Of a stretch of 64,000 nucleotides of DNA, positions 24,266 through 36,096 are shown piece after piece (within the stretch, counting starts at the first letter, position 1; each line of letters opens with the position of its first letter). Below the pieces are notes generated by a model. The model searched no databases. It saw nothing but the letters and a program-made list of their open reading frames with translations, and was not told the DNA's origin. The stretch is from Enoplolaimus lenunculus. Lineage: Eukaryota. Where the stretch lies: positions 372,001 through 436,000 of the forward strand of contig JASANG010003752.1 of NCBI GenBank assembly GCA_030248215.1, in the 5' to 3' direction. The translations under genes and the position numbers were made by a program.

Positions 24266-25721
24266 GTGACAAAGCGGTTGGTCGTCTACCATTGAAATGG
24301 GCAACAAAAGTGTCCCCGCTTGACGAATCATTACACCAGCATGCTCCTACGCCAAAACCCCGTGGCAAAAGCAGTATTGATTTTCAAAACTGTATTCCGT
24401 TACATGAAATTCAACCGCGGAGTTCAAAAGGTGCTATTAAATGTTCTCCAGCAGCCTGTGATCATGATATACCATACGCTGAACAACAGTCAAACTCTTC
24501 GACCAAATCTTGTGCATCATCAGTTTCAAACTCTCAGAAAATACTGAATAGCCTCCTCAAAGGGCGTTCAACATTTAGTCGTACACCTACTGAACGTGTA
24601 TTAGACAAAGATTGCCGGTTTCAGAGCAGATCACTAAACACACAATCTGCTAGTTTGCTTAAAAATTTAACTTTACGTCGATTGAAATCTAATTTAGAAT
24701 TAAAAACGTCAAATTATTTAATACCAAATATTGCTCAACCAATTAGTGCAGAAACCAATTGCGTTAGTAAGATAATTTCAAACAACACCTACAGTAATGT
24801 AAATTACAGTAATCAACAGTCGGTAGATTTCTTTGGGACCGAGACGTACACGGAAAACGCCACGAGGGCACATATGTCTTCTGAAGATACTATTGTGTGC
24901 CCTAAGGAACTAGTAGATTATCAGTTTGCCACTAAGCTTAATACAGGAATGGCCACAGAGCGAACACAACAATTCGACGAAAATTGGTCCAATCACTTAA
25001 ACTTTAGTGCGGCACTGTGGGCAAACTCAAATACACAAAATCATGGGTTAAATTTTGCTACAGTAGACCAAAATCCAATTGGCAAAACGAAATCATCCAA
25101 TACAAATCAATTGGGCAAAAATCCACAAACGTGCAATTCAAACTGCGACTCGCAATATTTGTGCTATACTACTCATGGTAGAAAATTAACTGCCAAAGAG
25201 CCGTGGTGTACCACTGTGAACCATGAAATAGTTGAATCTGTATCAGTGAACATTATTGATCTCAATCCTGTTGCGCTTGTGTTATGCAAATCAGATTTAG
25301 ACGATAGCAATAGCTCTTCTAGCGATGAATTTGAACAACCCAATACCCATAGATCTGGCAAGGCAAAGTGTGCTGAACGCTTTCAACAGCCATCCACTGG
25401 GTCAATTCTGGCAAATGACTCAAGTATGTCGTCGTTCGATCACAATCGAGACGAAAATTCACCAGTTTGGTATGAGCTTGAGCAGCTGTCGATTGTTTCG
25501 TACGGTTCGAAAATTTCCGATCCGGCTCTGCTGTCAAATCCAAGCTACTTGACGTCCCAAAGCGAAACCAGCGAACAATCTCCAATTCGAAACGCCGGTG
25601 ACATTGACGGTGAATACAATGATGGTAACCAAGGCAATTATCATTTGAATTCGAAAATCAACTGCTCAAATATTGAACAATTCGACTTAGGCGAACAAAA
25701 GCAGCAGCTGCAACAACGAAG

Positions 25722-25764
<43 letters not shown>

Positions 25765-27423
25765 CCACGACAACAACACACTGAATTAGCGATGTTGAAT
25801 GGTATAAGCAACATTAGTACGAATAATCACGGTAAACCTGAGCCACCAATAGCTGCTATAAAAGAAAAAGTAGTATTTCCAAATTTGCTTAATACAACAA
25901 AACCGGATCAGGAAACAGTAAGCTCAATGCTTAGACAGGAAGCAGCAACAAAAACAACAAATACAGCAGCCGAAAAAACAACAGTAGTAACAGAAACAAC
26001 ACCAACAACAGCAAGCACAACAACAACAACAACAACAAAACCAAGAACCAAAATGACAACAAAAACAATATCAGATTTCGTATCGTTCGAGCCATTTGTA
26101 ACTTCGCTACGAAAATGTAGTTTGATCGAAGATTTAGGAACCAGAAGGCAGAACATTGCACCGTTCAATGACACATTTCCGCTGTATGAAGAAGAATCAG
26201 TCGTCGCGTCCAGCGAACAACTCCATACGGTACTAATGAATAACTCATCTCAAACGCTATCCAATGGCTACCATGGTAACAGTATCGTAGCAGTCCAAAC
26301 TGGGACAACTCTGAATAACTTTGAAAAATTAAATTTAAAATATCCAATCAAAAAACAAGAAGACGACGAAGAAACGCTCGCCCAATTAGCGGAAAAAGAA
26401 GACACCAATTTGGGTACAAGCGTGACTCAAGAATCTCCAGTAGAACAACTGTTGTTGCTGCCGCAAACGCTGGCAAATTCTGACGACAAGTTTAATTATC
26501 AAAGCTCAACTTCGAAACCAAAACTTCCAAACGGTTCTTGTCTACACCAAAATAGACAAGATTCAAAAACAGCCTGTACCAACAGTTCGACAACAGATCC
26601 ATGTTCTTCAAACCAAAGCGTTGGTGCAGTCACAGTGGATGCGAGCCAGCGGAAAACCTTTCAAACCACACAACCAAAAGAAAGATCAAAAAACGCAGAT
26701 AACGATGGCGGAATACAACAACCAAAATACAACAACGATCGATGCAAAGAACAAGCAACGGTGCAACAATCATCCTCAAAAACGTTGAAGTCGTCAATGA
26801 AAAGTGTTCAAACGCTCAAATCTGGTGGCTCACGTGGTGATGGTGGCGGAACTACAACAAAATTCAAAGAACTCTACAGTTCTGATTCGTTGGACGATCT
26901 CGATGATTACGACCATCCAAGAAACAGATCAAGTCAACCAAAATCTCGACGCGACACTGGGTCATTCCACAGAGGACTGGCAACGTTCAAAGCGCTTGGC
27001 ACCGTCGTTGCGAGCGTCGGTCGGAAAAGCCGTAGGCATGTGGGTCTCGCTTCTACGCGCCGACCTTTAGCTCAGTCGCTGCTAGCGAAATCAGCGAGTT
27101 CGCGATTTAGCGGCACAGCCGCCCGGTATGCCACGGCCAGCGGCGGATGTGCAGCTAAAACTCGCAGCGAAAATCGCGCTCGAAAAGCGCTGCGAACAAT
27201 TACCGTAATCTTGGGAGCGTTCATTTTGTTTTGGACACCATTTTACGTACTAGCGACTGTGTATGGATTCTGTCCTGAGTGCGTTCCGACATGGCTGTTT
27301 GTGTCGAGTTATTATATGTGTTACATGAACAGCCCAATCAATCCGTTCTGTTACGCACTTGCGAACGCTCAGTTTCGAAAAGTGTTTGTGCGAATTCTTC
27401 GACTGGATTTTCACAAAACATGA
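24266..27423 (+). CDS. gar-2: Muscarinic acetylcholine receptor exon 2 (very long ICL3, TM6, TM7, C-tail)
   Basis: Acceptor TTCAG|GT at 24265/24266 is phase-compatible with exon 1 (spliced CDS 4146 nt = 1381 aa + stop). [34 protein letters not shown]. Confidence 0.9.
25701..26070 (+). repeat. Coding (CAA)n / (ACA)n microsatellites giving poly-Q and poly-T tracts in the receptor ICL3
   Basis: CAA run at ~25723-25763; ACA-rich run at ~25946-26070. Confidence 0.9.
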
Positions 27424-28025
27424 CGAGTGCTAAGAGCGCAGCAGAAAGGGGGCAACGGAGGAACCGGCCCCATCATTCTTTCAAAAGCAAAACTGTGTAT
27501 TATGATTTAAAGATAAAATTGTCTTTGACTTGTCGCTCGCTTTAGTCGTGTGCGCAAGGCTGAGCGTCACTGGCGTAATGAGTTGATGTGTGCTAGCTTG
27601 AAGGTCCGATTTTGTATAGTACTGTCGCATGAAAAATAACCCTCATAAAGAAACCCCGAAAATTATTCCTTGTGAAAAAATTACTTTCTCCCTGGCGAAT
27701 GTTTTTAAACGAAATTAACGTTTAGTTTAGATTATCAAACTAATCTCAACATACTCTCCACTCATAATAAGAGCTCCTGACGATGAAGCTAAATTAAGAT
27801 CTTAAGCTGCGTAGCAGTAGCATACGCATTTTTCCTAAGTCAAAACAATACGCCTCAGCGTAAAAATAAATCTAAAACTAAACCTAAGCCAAAGGAAAAA
27901 GTATGAAACTAAAGCATGGTTTATTGCAGTTTTGCATAAAAAACCTCAAAAATAAACAAGAGCGAAGGTCAATAATTACCTAAAACTCGACGCTTAACCG
28001 AACAAAACAAAATAGAATTGATTTC

Positions 28026-31000
28026 TTAATTTCGCAGGTTTCGACGTTCTGCAGTTTGCTTCAAGGCGTTAAATATTGCCACGCTTGCCTAAAATAGGTA
28101 ATATAATGCATGCAAGTATGAGCCCATGAATAGAACAGGCCGGAACAGTGGTATAAAGATATTCCTAAGCCTAAGCCTAAGCCTAAACGTAAGCGGCCCA
28201 TGTATAGAACATGGCCACGGAAGAGTAGTATAAGCATATTCCTATTTCTAAGCCTAAGCCTAAGCCTAAGCGTATGGATGAGCCTATTCCTAAGCCTAAG
28301 CCTAAGCCTAAGCCTAAGCAAAAAATAGTCTAAAGCTTAAACTGACTCTATTATAGCCCCTGCGGAAAACGATCCGGCCCTGTTCTATACATGGGCCCAA
28401 GTAGGGATGTAGCCAGCATTCTGTAAACTAATTATTAAATTAATAAAAAATGAAAAGTGGAAGTTTTTGTGTTACCCCAACTGAAAAACATCTTAGGTTT
28501 ATTAAGCTTACGCTTAGACTTGGGCTTAAGCTTAGTAATATGCTTATACTACTGTTACGGCCCTGTTCTATACATTGGTTTTAAAATTCAATGGACAAAT
28601 AATTGCTATACGGGAAAGACCTGTAAACTCCTGTTTACACCCTTCGATGCAAGGTCTATTTCAAGTCAATTACGAAAAGCAGTGTTATAATAGCTGATCA
28701 TAATAGAGTTATAAATAATCGTAGATATTTCAAATTTTTGGCTAATCAACACGACATGTTACTGTTTATGTTTTTACGCAGCGCACTCAGATATAACAGA
28801 ACCAGTAAAATTCTGGTCAATGTTACTTTTTAGTGCGTAACAGTAGCCTAAACATATTCCAAAGCCTAAACCTCACTGCAACGATATATCTGCAACTAAG
28901 CCGAAGGCACACTGTAAGAATAAAATCTCAAACTAAACTTGAGCCAACGCGAAATTTTGGCCCACAGCTTAAACCAATTCAATTGCAATCCAGTAGCAGA
29001 ACGCGACGTCCCTAAAACTACACCGGAACCGAAATTTAGAGTTTAAATTTAGTAGTTAAAGCTTACGTATGCGTCAGTTGCAGCATATTTTAACTGATCT
29101 TGTGTTAACGGATGTTGATCCCATTGTGAACAGCGCACAGCATCGTCTTTCGGAATTGTGTGTTTCAGCTAAATAATAAATGAAGCCGTTGTTAATTATG
29201 GAAACCTGCCCACTGGGAAACATAGGCTGGGGGATTTGAGATTGCGTGTAGCCAGGATTCCATTTTCATTATTCAGTCATGTGTAAGTTTTTGAGAGCTC
29301 CATGCAAGTAACGGAAAAACAATTTTGACCTTGAGGATCCAGCAGGATATTATGAAGAATTGTTAATGCAGTTGTAGTGGAACTATATGTATTGAGCGAA
29401 GCTCGGGCATACTTACTTTTTTTGCCGGTCCAGTTAAACATTTCAAGCTTATAAAGCAAAAAAAACGCGTAAATCATGTTAATAGTCCTAATTCAGGCTT
29501 AACCAATCATTCAAATTAACCTTAAACCCCAATGAGAGGTTAACATCTCCACGATAAGCTTTCAAACGCAAAAGTAAAGTGTCCAAATAGAATCAGTGGT
29601 TTCTGAAATTCTCGTCGGACGGGCAGACGAGCGGATATCGCCACCTTTCTGCGGAATTCTAATTATACGCTATTCTGGAGCGGGCCGGCGGCAGGCAGCG
29701 GTTCCAAGTATGGTGTATCAGCAATTTAGGTAAAGAATATACTTTCGCCAAGGATACGTTCCTCAACGTGAAGACTTACGAATCTTCTACAAAGACCATC
29801 GAGACTCCAGTTTTGAGAGCAATTCAGTACTGCGTTCGCGTATGGAGATAATTCAACGCAAGCATTTTGAACAACGCCATGAACTGGAATTTTATAGTCG
29901 CGTTCCAGTTTCCAAAGATCACTAATAACAAATAATATGATGTGTATATACATTTTGCCAAGTTAAACACCGTCGTTGTTAACATTGAAAAATGGGAAGA
30001 TAAAACTCATTTTAAAATAGATAACCTTAACCTCTATTCACACCTGTAAGTTTTTGCTGCGAGAACTTACAGCTGTAAATTGCGCGCAGAAGTTGCATTT
30101 TTTCATTAGCCAATGAGATAGCGGCTGCAATAAATTCAGTGAACTTGCATGGTTATTCACGTATGTGAACTTAAATTACTAGCTATGATTTTCAATGAAT
30201 TATTTCCACCTGCAAGTTATTCGAGGGGGATTTTAGACAAAATTTGCAAGTGTCGATTGCCGCAGCAAGTTCTCGCAGCAAAAACTTGCACATGAATAGG
30301 GCTTTAGCCGAATTTGTGCAATTTTACAACATAATGAAACAGTGATTTCCAGAAAACAGGAATACTATTTTACACCCAGCCAGTCAACAAGTATTACTGC
30401 ATATATATAGTCACAGAATGTGATGGATAATAAATTTAAAATGTCATACATACTTGCACACACCTACGCCAACTTTCTTTATCTTCTGAGCTAAAATCAC
30501 CCTTCTTAGCGAAAATGGAATGCCTAAAATATAAAAAACGAAAATATACCGAAGATTATTTTTAACAAAATATTCATTTTTGGCATTAGTGTGTTAACTT
30601 GTAAATAATAATCTATATTGCCAATGTTACTTGTAGGGGCGTAACACGTGATTCAGCGTATTCCTAAGCTTAAGCCTAAGCGTTGCAAAAATGATTTCCT
30701 AAGCCTATGCCTAAGCCTAAGCAAAAAATGTAATCTAGAATCTAAAACTACTCTTATATAGAGTCACCAGAAACCTGAACGCCCCTTAAAGTAACATGGG
30801 CCATCTATGTTTGCAGCTGTGTTGGTCAATATCTAGAACAGGGCCGTGACAGTAGCTAAGCATGCACCTAAGTCTCACCCTACGCGTCAGAATGAGCTTA
30901 TACTTAAGCCTAAGCAAAAAACATAAACTATTGCAGTCCCAGCAAAAAAAGGTTCCTGCACTGATCTTTACATTATGCCGCAGTGTTTAACCTAACGCCA

Positions 31001-31507
31001 AACAGAGCTTAAAACAATCTGCGTATCCCAGTTGTTGTTACGACACTTCGCGTGCATAATAGCAGAAAGATTAAATGCTATAAATTTCAGTGAGCAGTAC
31101 AGCAATCGCTAACTCTAAAATTACAAACCCAGTGTAAACAGCTAGTGATACGCGGTAAACACATTTGATAATAAAAGTTTTTAAAGCGTATTTTTTACCG
31201 TTTCATAGTTCCGAAAAAACCACGTACGGGTTCATATTGAAAAAACATTCATCGTCAAATAATTATGATAAATTAGCAATCTACTAGAAAAACAATCGTA
31301 ACAGTTTCAACGAAAACCTCTAAAGCATTCTAAATGACAAAAATACTCACCTGATAATGCGGAAAGTTGAAATACGCAACAAAATTGATCCGACGGACAT
31401 ATTTGGATTACAGCGGCACGTTGTTGTTCGCTGGTGTACTTAACTGGCCATTCTAAATCGAATCCAACAACAATTTCGTCTCCAGGCAAATCTCTGAAAA
31501 CATTCAT
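28026..31507 (-). CDS. WRNexo: Stand-alone Werner-type (DnaQ/DEDDy) 3'-5' exonuclease, ~177 aa from the first visible ATG
   Basis: Five phase-compatible GT-AG exons: 31351-31507 (VVGFDLEWP...AVIQIC), 30454-30523 (GIPFSL...KKVGVG), 29780-29921 (DLWKLERDY...WSLDGL), 29067-29168 (RCSQW...YAATDAY), 28026-28088 (ASVAIFNAL...stop). The 5' end may extend further via an acceptor at 31525. Confidence 0.9.
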
Positions 31508-32371
31508 AATGGATTGATTGGTGTCTGTGTAGCAAGTCGTTTATACTTTGAACCAACAAGGATTCGTAGGAATTTGCACTCCTCTAGAAACGTATCAACT
31601 CCAGTATAAGCTGGTTATTTCAACCGTTGAGCTGGCCACAAGTCTATGCTTAATGCTTATTAGTAAAGAAGTCTGAAGTTCCCGGTTGTACTTACTTTGA
31701 ATCACAGCCCGTAGCCAGGTCGACATGCTAGAAGGGGCTAAAAAAGTTTTCACCAGGGGCATGCTAGGATTCCAGATAACTTACTAGCGAGGTTGAAACT
31801 TTTCTAGAAGCTAAAATTTTTCCAGGGCGGCTGAGTGGCCCTGGACACACCTACTCTTTCACAGACCCACCAGAAACTTGGACGCCCCTTAAAGTAACAT
31901 GAGCCACACAAACTGTGGCAACGCGCTGGACCATACCGTGCACACCAAATTCCAGTTTAAATAACGGTTTGGATCTGCCACTGATAAATGCGGCAAATGT
32001 CTTTTAAGTGAGATATAGTGTTTTCTATAATTCTGTAAAATTTTGGAAAACCAAGAAAAACACTTGTACGGGCAGTAGCCTAATCTGCAGAGAGCAAATA
32101 TCATATCTTCTTGCCCCCCCCACCACCCACCACCAAAAAACAAGAATAACAAAAACCAAAAATCCTTCCCCCAACCCAAGAAATACAAAAAACAACCCAA
32201 CCCCCAAATAAACCCCTCCCTAAGGTGGGAAGTTTTAGGCTTAAGCTTATACCCAATGCGCTCGCTCTTATACTTAACACGGGGCAAAAGATCAATGAAC
32301 AATCTATGCTTTGAAGCATTAGCATTAAACTCACATTAATGCGCACAGTAAGGGTGGCGCATTTACTTGTC

Positions 32372-32414
32372 AGGCTTAGGCTTAGGCTTAGGCTTAGGCT
32401 TAGGCTTAGGCTTA
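32372..32414 (+). repeat. Perfect interstitial telomeric tract, about 7 x TTAGGC
   Basis: aggc-(ttaggc)x6-tta; TTAGGC is the established nematode telomere repeat. Confidence 0.9.
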
Positions 32415-32779
32415 TACGTTGCAGTCCGTCACTGTCCGTCCCTATCTCACTTGCGTTGTCGGGCGCGCAAAGCGACAGACGGCACCAGGCGACATTAAAG
32501 TTTCCAAAAGATATAGCGCCTCCTTAAGTTTTAAGTGGTAAGTTTTGTAGCAACTAAATATAATAGGCTTACAAAATTCGATTTGCAAACTCAGTTGTAT
32601 CCGCTTCAGAAGTTGCGTACAAAATTTCACCAGGAAACTGAAGATTTGGTCTGTTTAGGACGCAGTCCATTCTCGCCATGAACGTTTATGCTGCTAATAC
32701 GGATCGTTTCAATCGATAATAGCACACATATTCGGTGTAATTATACACGGTATAAATAACCTGAAATTACATAAATATT

Positions 32780-32970
32780 GGTCAATGTTACTTTAAAGGG
32801 GGTAACAGTAGATTAAGCGTATTCCTAAACCTAAGCCTAAGCGTTGCGAAAATGTGTTCCTAAGCCTAAGCTTAAGCCTAAGCCTAAGCAAAAAATGTAA
32901 CCTAGAATTTAAACCTACTCTTTTATAAACCCACCAGAAAGCTGGACGCCCCTTAAAGTGAACATGGGCC
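32780..32970. mobile_element. TTAGGC-carrying MITE, family B
   Basis: TSD TAAATATT/TAAATATA. Further copies at 30619-30802 (TSD ATCTATAT/ATCTATGT), ~20093-20286, ~28815-29020, and a 3' end only at ~31850-31905. Confidence 0.85.
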
Positions 32971-34994
32971 TAAATATACATTTTGTTTGCATCATAACGA
33001 TTTTAGCAGAATTTCAAACAGCTCAAGACAATAATTTGATGCCTGACGCATAGTCTTAAATTTTTTCAAAACATAACAAAAAATGAACTCAATGGAACTA
33101 AAAAGATTACATTTATCTGTTTCAATATCATAACTAGCTCATCTTTTACGTTAAAACAATTTAAATGCTTGCTAAAGGCGATCAAATACCGTCTAGGAAA
33201 CAAATTTCAAACAGGGCACATACTGCAGTGACCCGAATGAAAGAGCGAATGAATAATATCAATACCGCCTCTTCCAAGTGTGCCCCCGCGCATTCGGTTC
33301 CGGACTATTTTTAAACCCAGCTTCAGTTGTTTGGACCACACAGTACATAAGTACAAGTGTCAGTTATGTTTTGACTTCAGAAACACACTTTTAAGACTTG
33401 AATATGCTACCATAGCTATAGGTAACAATTAACATTATACTTTGAGCAATGAATCAAATTCCGTACTGAACTTAATTTTGTCCAGATGCATTTACGCAAT
33501 CCAATTGGGGTAATTGACGTTTATGAATTAACAAGTAATTGCGAACCTTATTGATTTACAGATTCTAAGTAGTGAAATACCCTTCTATCGATTCAGTGTC
33601 AAAATAGGGACCCTGGACTCTTTTATCACATTCACCTCTTATATTCGAGTAAGCACAACATTTGCATGTTTATTATTCCTAACTCCAGTCCACAAGTCCC
33701 GAATTTTCCTGATTAATATAAACAGGAGTGCTTGATACAGTAGTTTGCAACTCTTGAGGTTCCGCATGGTATAAAATGTACCCGACACGGGTTGTATTTA
33801 TCGACCCCCTTTACTTAGAGGGGGCACCACCTGTACCAGCAATGCCACTGTATGAATCCGGCACTAAAATACTCCACTTATACTTTATTTTAGGGTTATT
33901 GCATGTGACAACAACCCCCTCTATATAAGGGTGAAGGTCGGCTAAAACCGCAACGCCCGATGGTACATTATGTACCATGAGGAACGCCAAGAGTTGCATA
34001 CTCTTGTATCTCATGCACTCTTAATGTAAACTATAACGGAAGAAGATTCGAAGTTACAGTTTCAATTCAACCATGGTTAGACGGCCTTTATGTTAAATTA
34101 TTGTTGTTCAAAATTCAATATAAACATAACAAATTTATTTAACCACAAAACGAATACTGTTTTATTTAATGTACAAATGCATAGAACATACCCAATAAAC
34201 ACGCGATATTCTAACGATAGTTGCTAACGGTCATGGGCATAGCCAGGATTTCTGAAAGGATAGGTTATATTCTGTAAAATTTTCACTAGGAAGTTTCTTG
34301 TGTTGCAAACTGAAACAGTATTTAGAAACTCCTGTACAAAAATTCCAAAGAGATTTGACCCCTGAAACCACCACCCCTGGCTACGCCCTTCATGAGGCTT
34401 GAGTTTTCGAACACCAAAAATGACAAAATTAAAAATTTCAGGCCATAATCAGCAGATAGTACACGCGTATCAGAATGGCTTTTACGCAAAAAACAACACC
34501 TTGGCCAAATTTTTGATTACTATTTAAAGATACTAAAGTGAAAATTCTTCTATTAACCTTTTCTCACAGGAATATTTTAAATTTCATCAGAATGAAATTT
34601 CAAGCAAATATTCCAAAGCCCATACATCTAAGCATGTCTAAGCAAAATACATACATAGAACATTCGCGCTTCTAAGGTACTCAGAATTAAGGTAAACTCG
34701 GCATTTCTTAACGTGACTTAAACAAATACTTGCGCATATATATATAAATATATATCATAGTATCAGAAAATGAAAAGCTTTCAGATAACGATGAACAGCC
34801 CATGTACCTACGCTTTCGCAACAGTTTTCGAAATTTCCTAGATTTTGGCTTAACTTAGGCCTAATCTAATTTAGAGGTAAGTGTATAATAAACCATCAGT
34901 TTGGCTGTATAATTTCGTTGCCAGACGTAATTTTAAAAATCCATGCAATAAATGACTATTGACGAACCGAACCTAAAACTTAAGTAACACAACA

Positions 34995-35166
34995 GGCCAG
35001 TGTTACTTTTAGAGGCATAAACAGTAGATTAAGCGTATTCCTAAGCCTAAGCCTTGCAAAGATGTGTTGCTCAGCCTAAGCCTAAACAAAAAATGTAATC
35101 TAGAATCTAAACCTACACTTTTATAGGCCCACTCAAACCTGGACACCCCTAAAAGTAACATGGGCC
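34995..35166. mobile_element. TTAGGC-carrying MITE, family B
   Basis: Perfect TSD ACACAACA. Confidence 0.88.
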
Positions 35167-35537
35167 ACACAACATTTTAGCATTAACTTCGAGGCATTAA
35201 AAGTACAGAAATTGCAATTAGATCTGAAAAAACCGCTATGCGGACCTGAGGTAGTTTTTTTGCTGAAACTGGGGCTGAAACCCCTTGCACATAGCCATAT
35301 CATGAGGTTACGCTATATTTGTCGTGCGATGCAGACATTTTGCTGAATTTTTATTCATGGTATATAGACTCTTGGGTCATCCGTCATCGCAAAATTACGC
35401 AACAACAAGAATACAGAGTATATATCCGCTCCAGAAATTTTTGAAGGGAAAAGAAAACATTACTTTCAGCAGGCTTTGGAACAACCTTACAGATTCTATT
35501 GGTCAAAATATTTTCGATATGAAGTTATACCCTTCCG

Positions 35538-35750
35538 GGCCCATGTATAGAAAGGGCCAGATCGTTTTCCGGTGGGATTGTAATAGAGGGATTTTAAGCT
35601 TTTGAGTAACTTTTTTGCTTATGTTTAGGCTTAGGCTTAGGCTCGTCCTTACGCTTAGGCTTACGATTAGGCTTAAGAATAAGCTCATCGTTAAGCTTAG
35701 GCTTAACAATAGCTTGTACTACTGTTCCGGCCCTGTTATACACATGGACC
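35538..35750. mobile_element. TTAGGC-carrying MITE, family A
   Basis: TIRs; TSD (C/T)CCTTCCG. Further family A copies at ~8566-8763, 18246-18442, 19093-19298, 20531-20740, 28121-28397, 30824-30979 and 46129-46350. Confidence 0.85.
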
Positions 35751-36096
35751 TCCTTCCGATTTGAAATACTGGCTACGCACCTGGTTGTCACTGATGGTCG
35801 GACGACTTGCAAATACTCCAGATGGCAACGAACAACACTGAATGTCATCATAAAGTATAGCGCAACCCTAACCGTGTATTTATTACAACACATTCAATTG
35901 GTCAAAATTCTTTCTAGATTAATACGAAACATGTGTTCACTGGCGGATCCATCGGGCACGCACCCAAGCCATATCCCCCAAACAGGAATCAAAACCAAAA
36001 CTTTGTATTAAGATTTAGTTAAAAAAATTGCGTTCAGCTTATCGTACGGCTCAACTTTCAAAAATTTCTCGATCCGTCACTGGATTGTGTTCGATT

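Noticed and set aside
28061..28321. Short ORFs rich in LRLRLR / LSLSLS / LGLGLG (also near 8559, 18185, 20403, 32339, 35503, 48653)
   Set aside because: Translations of TTAGGC/GCCTAA repeats, mostly inside MITEs; not genes.
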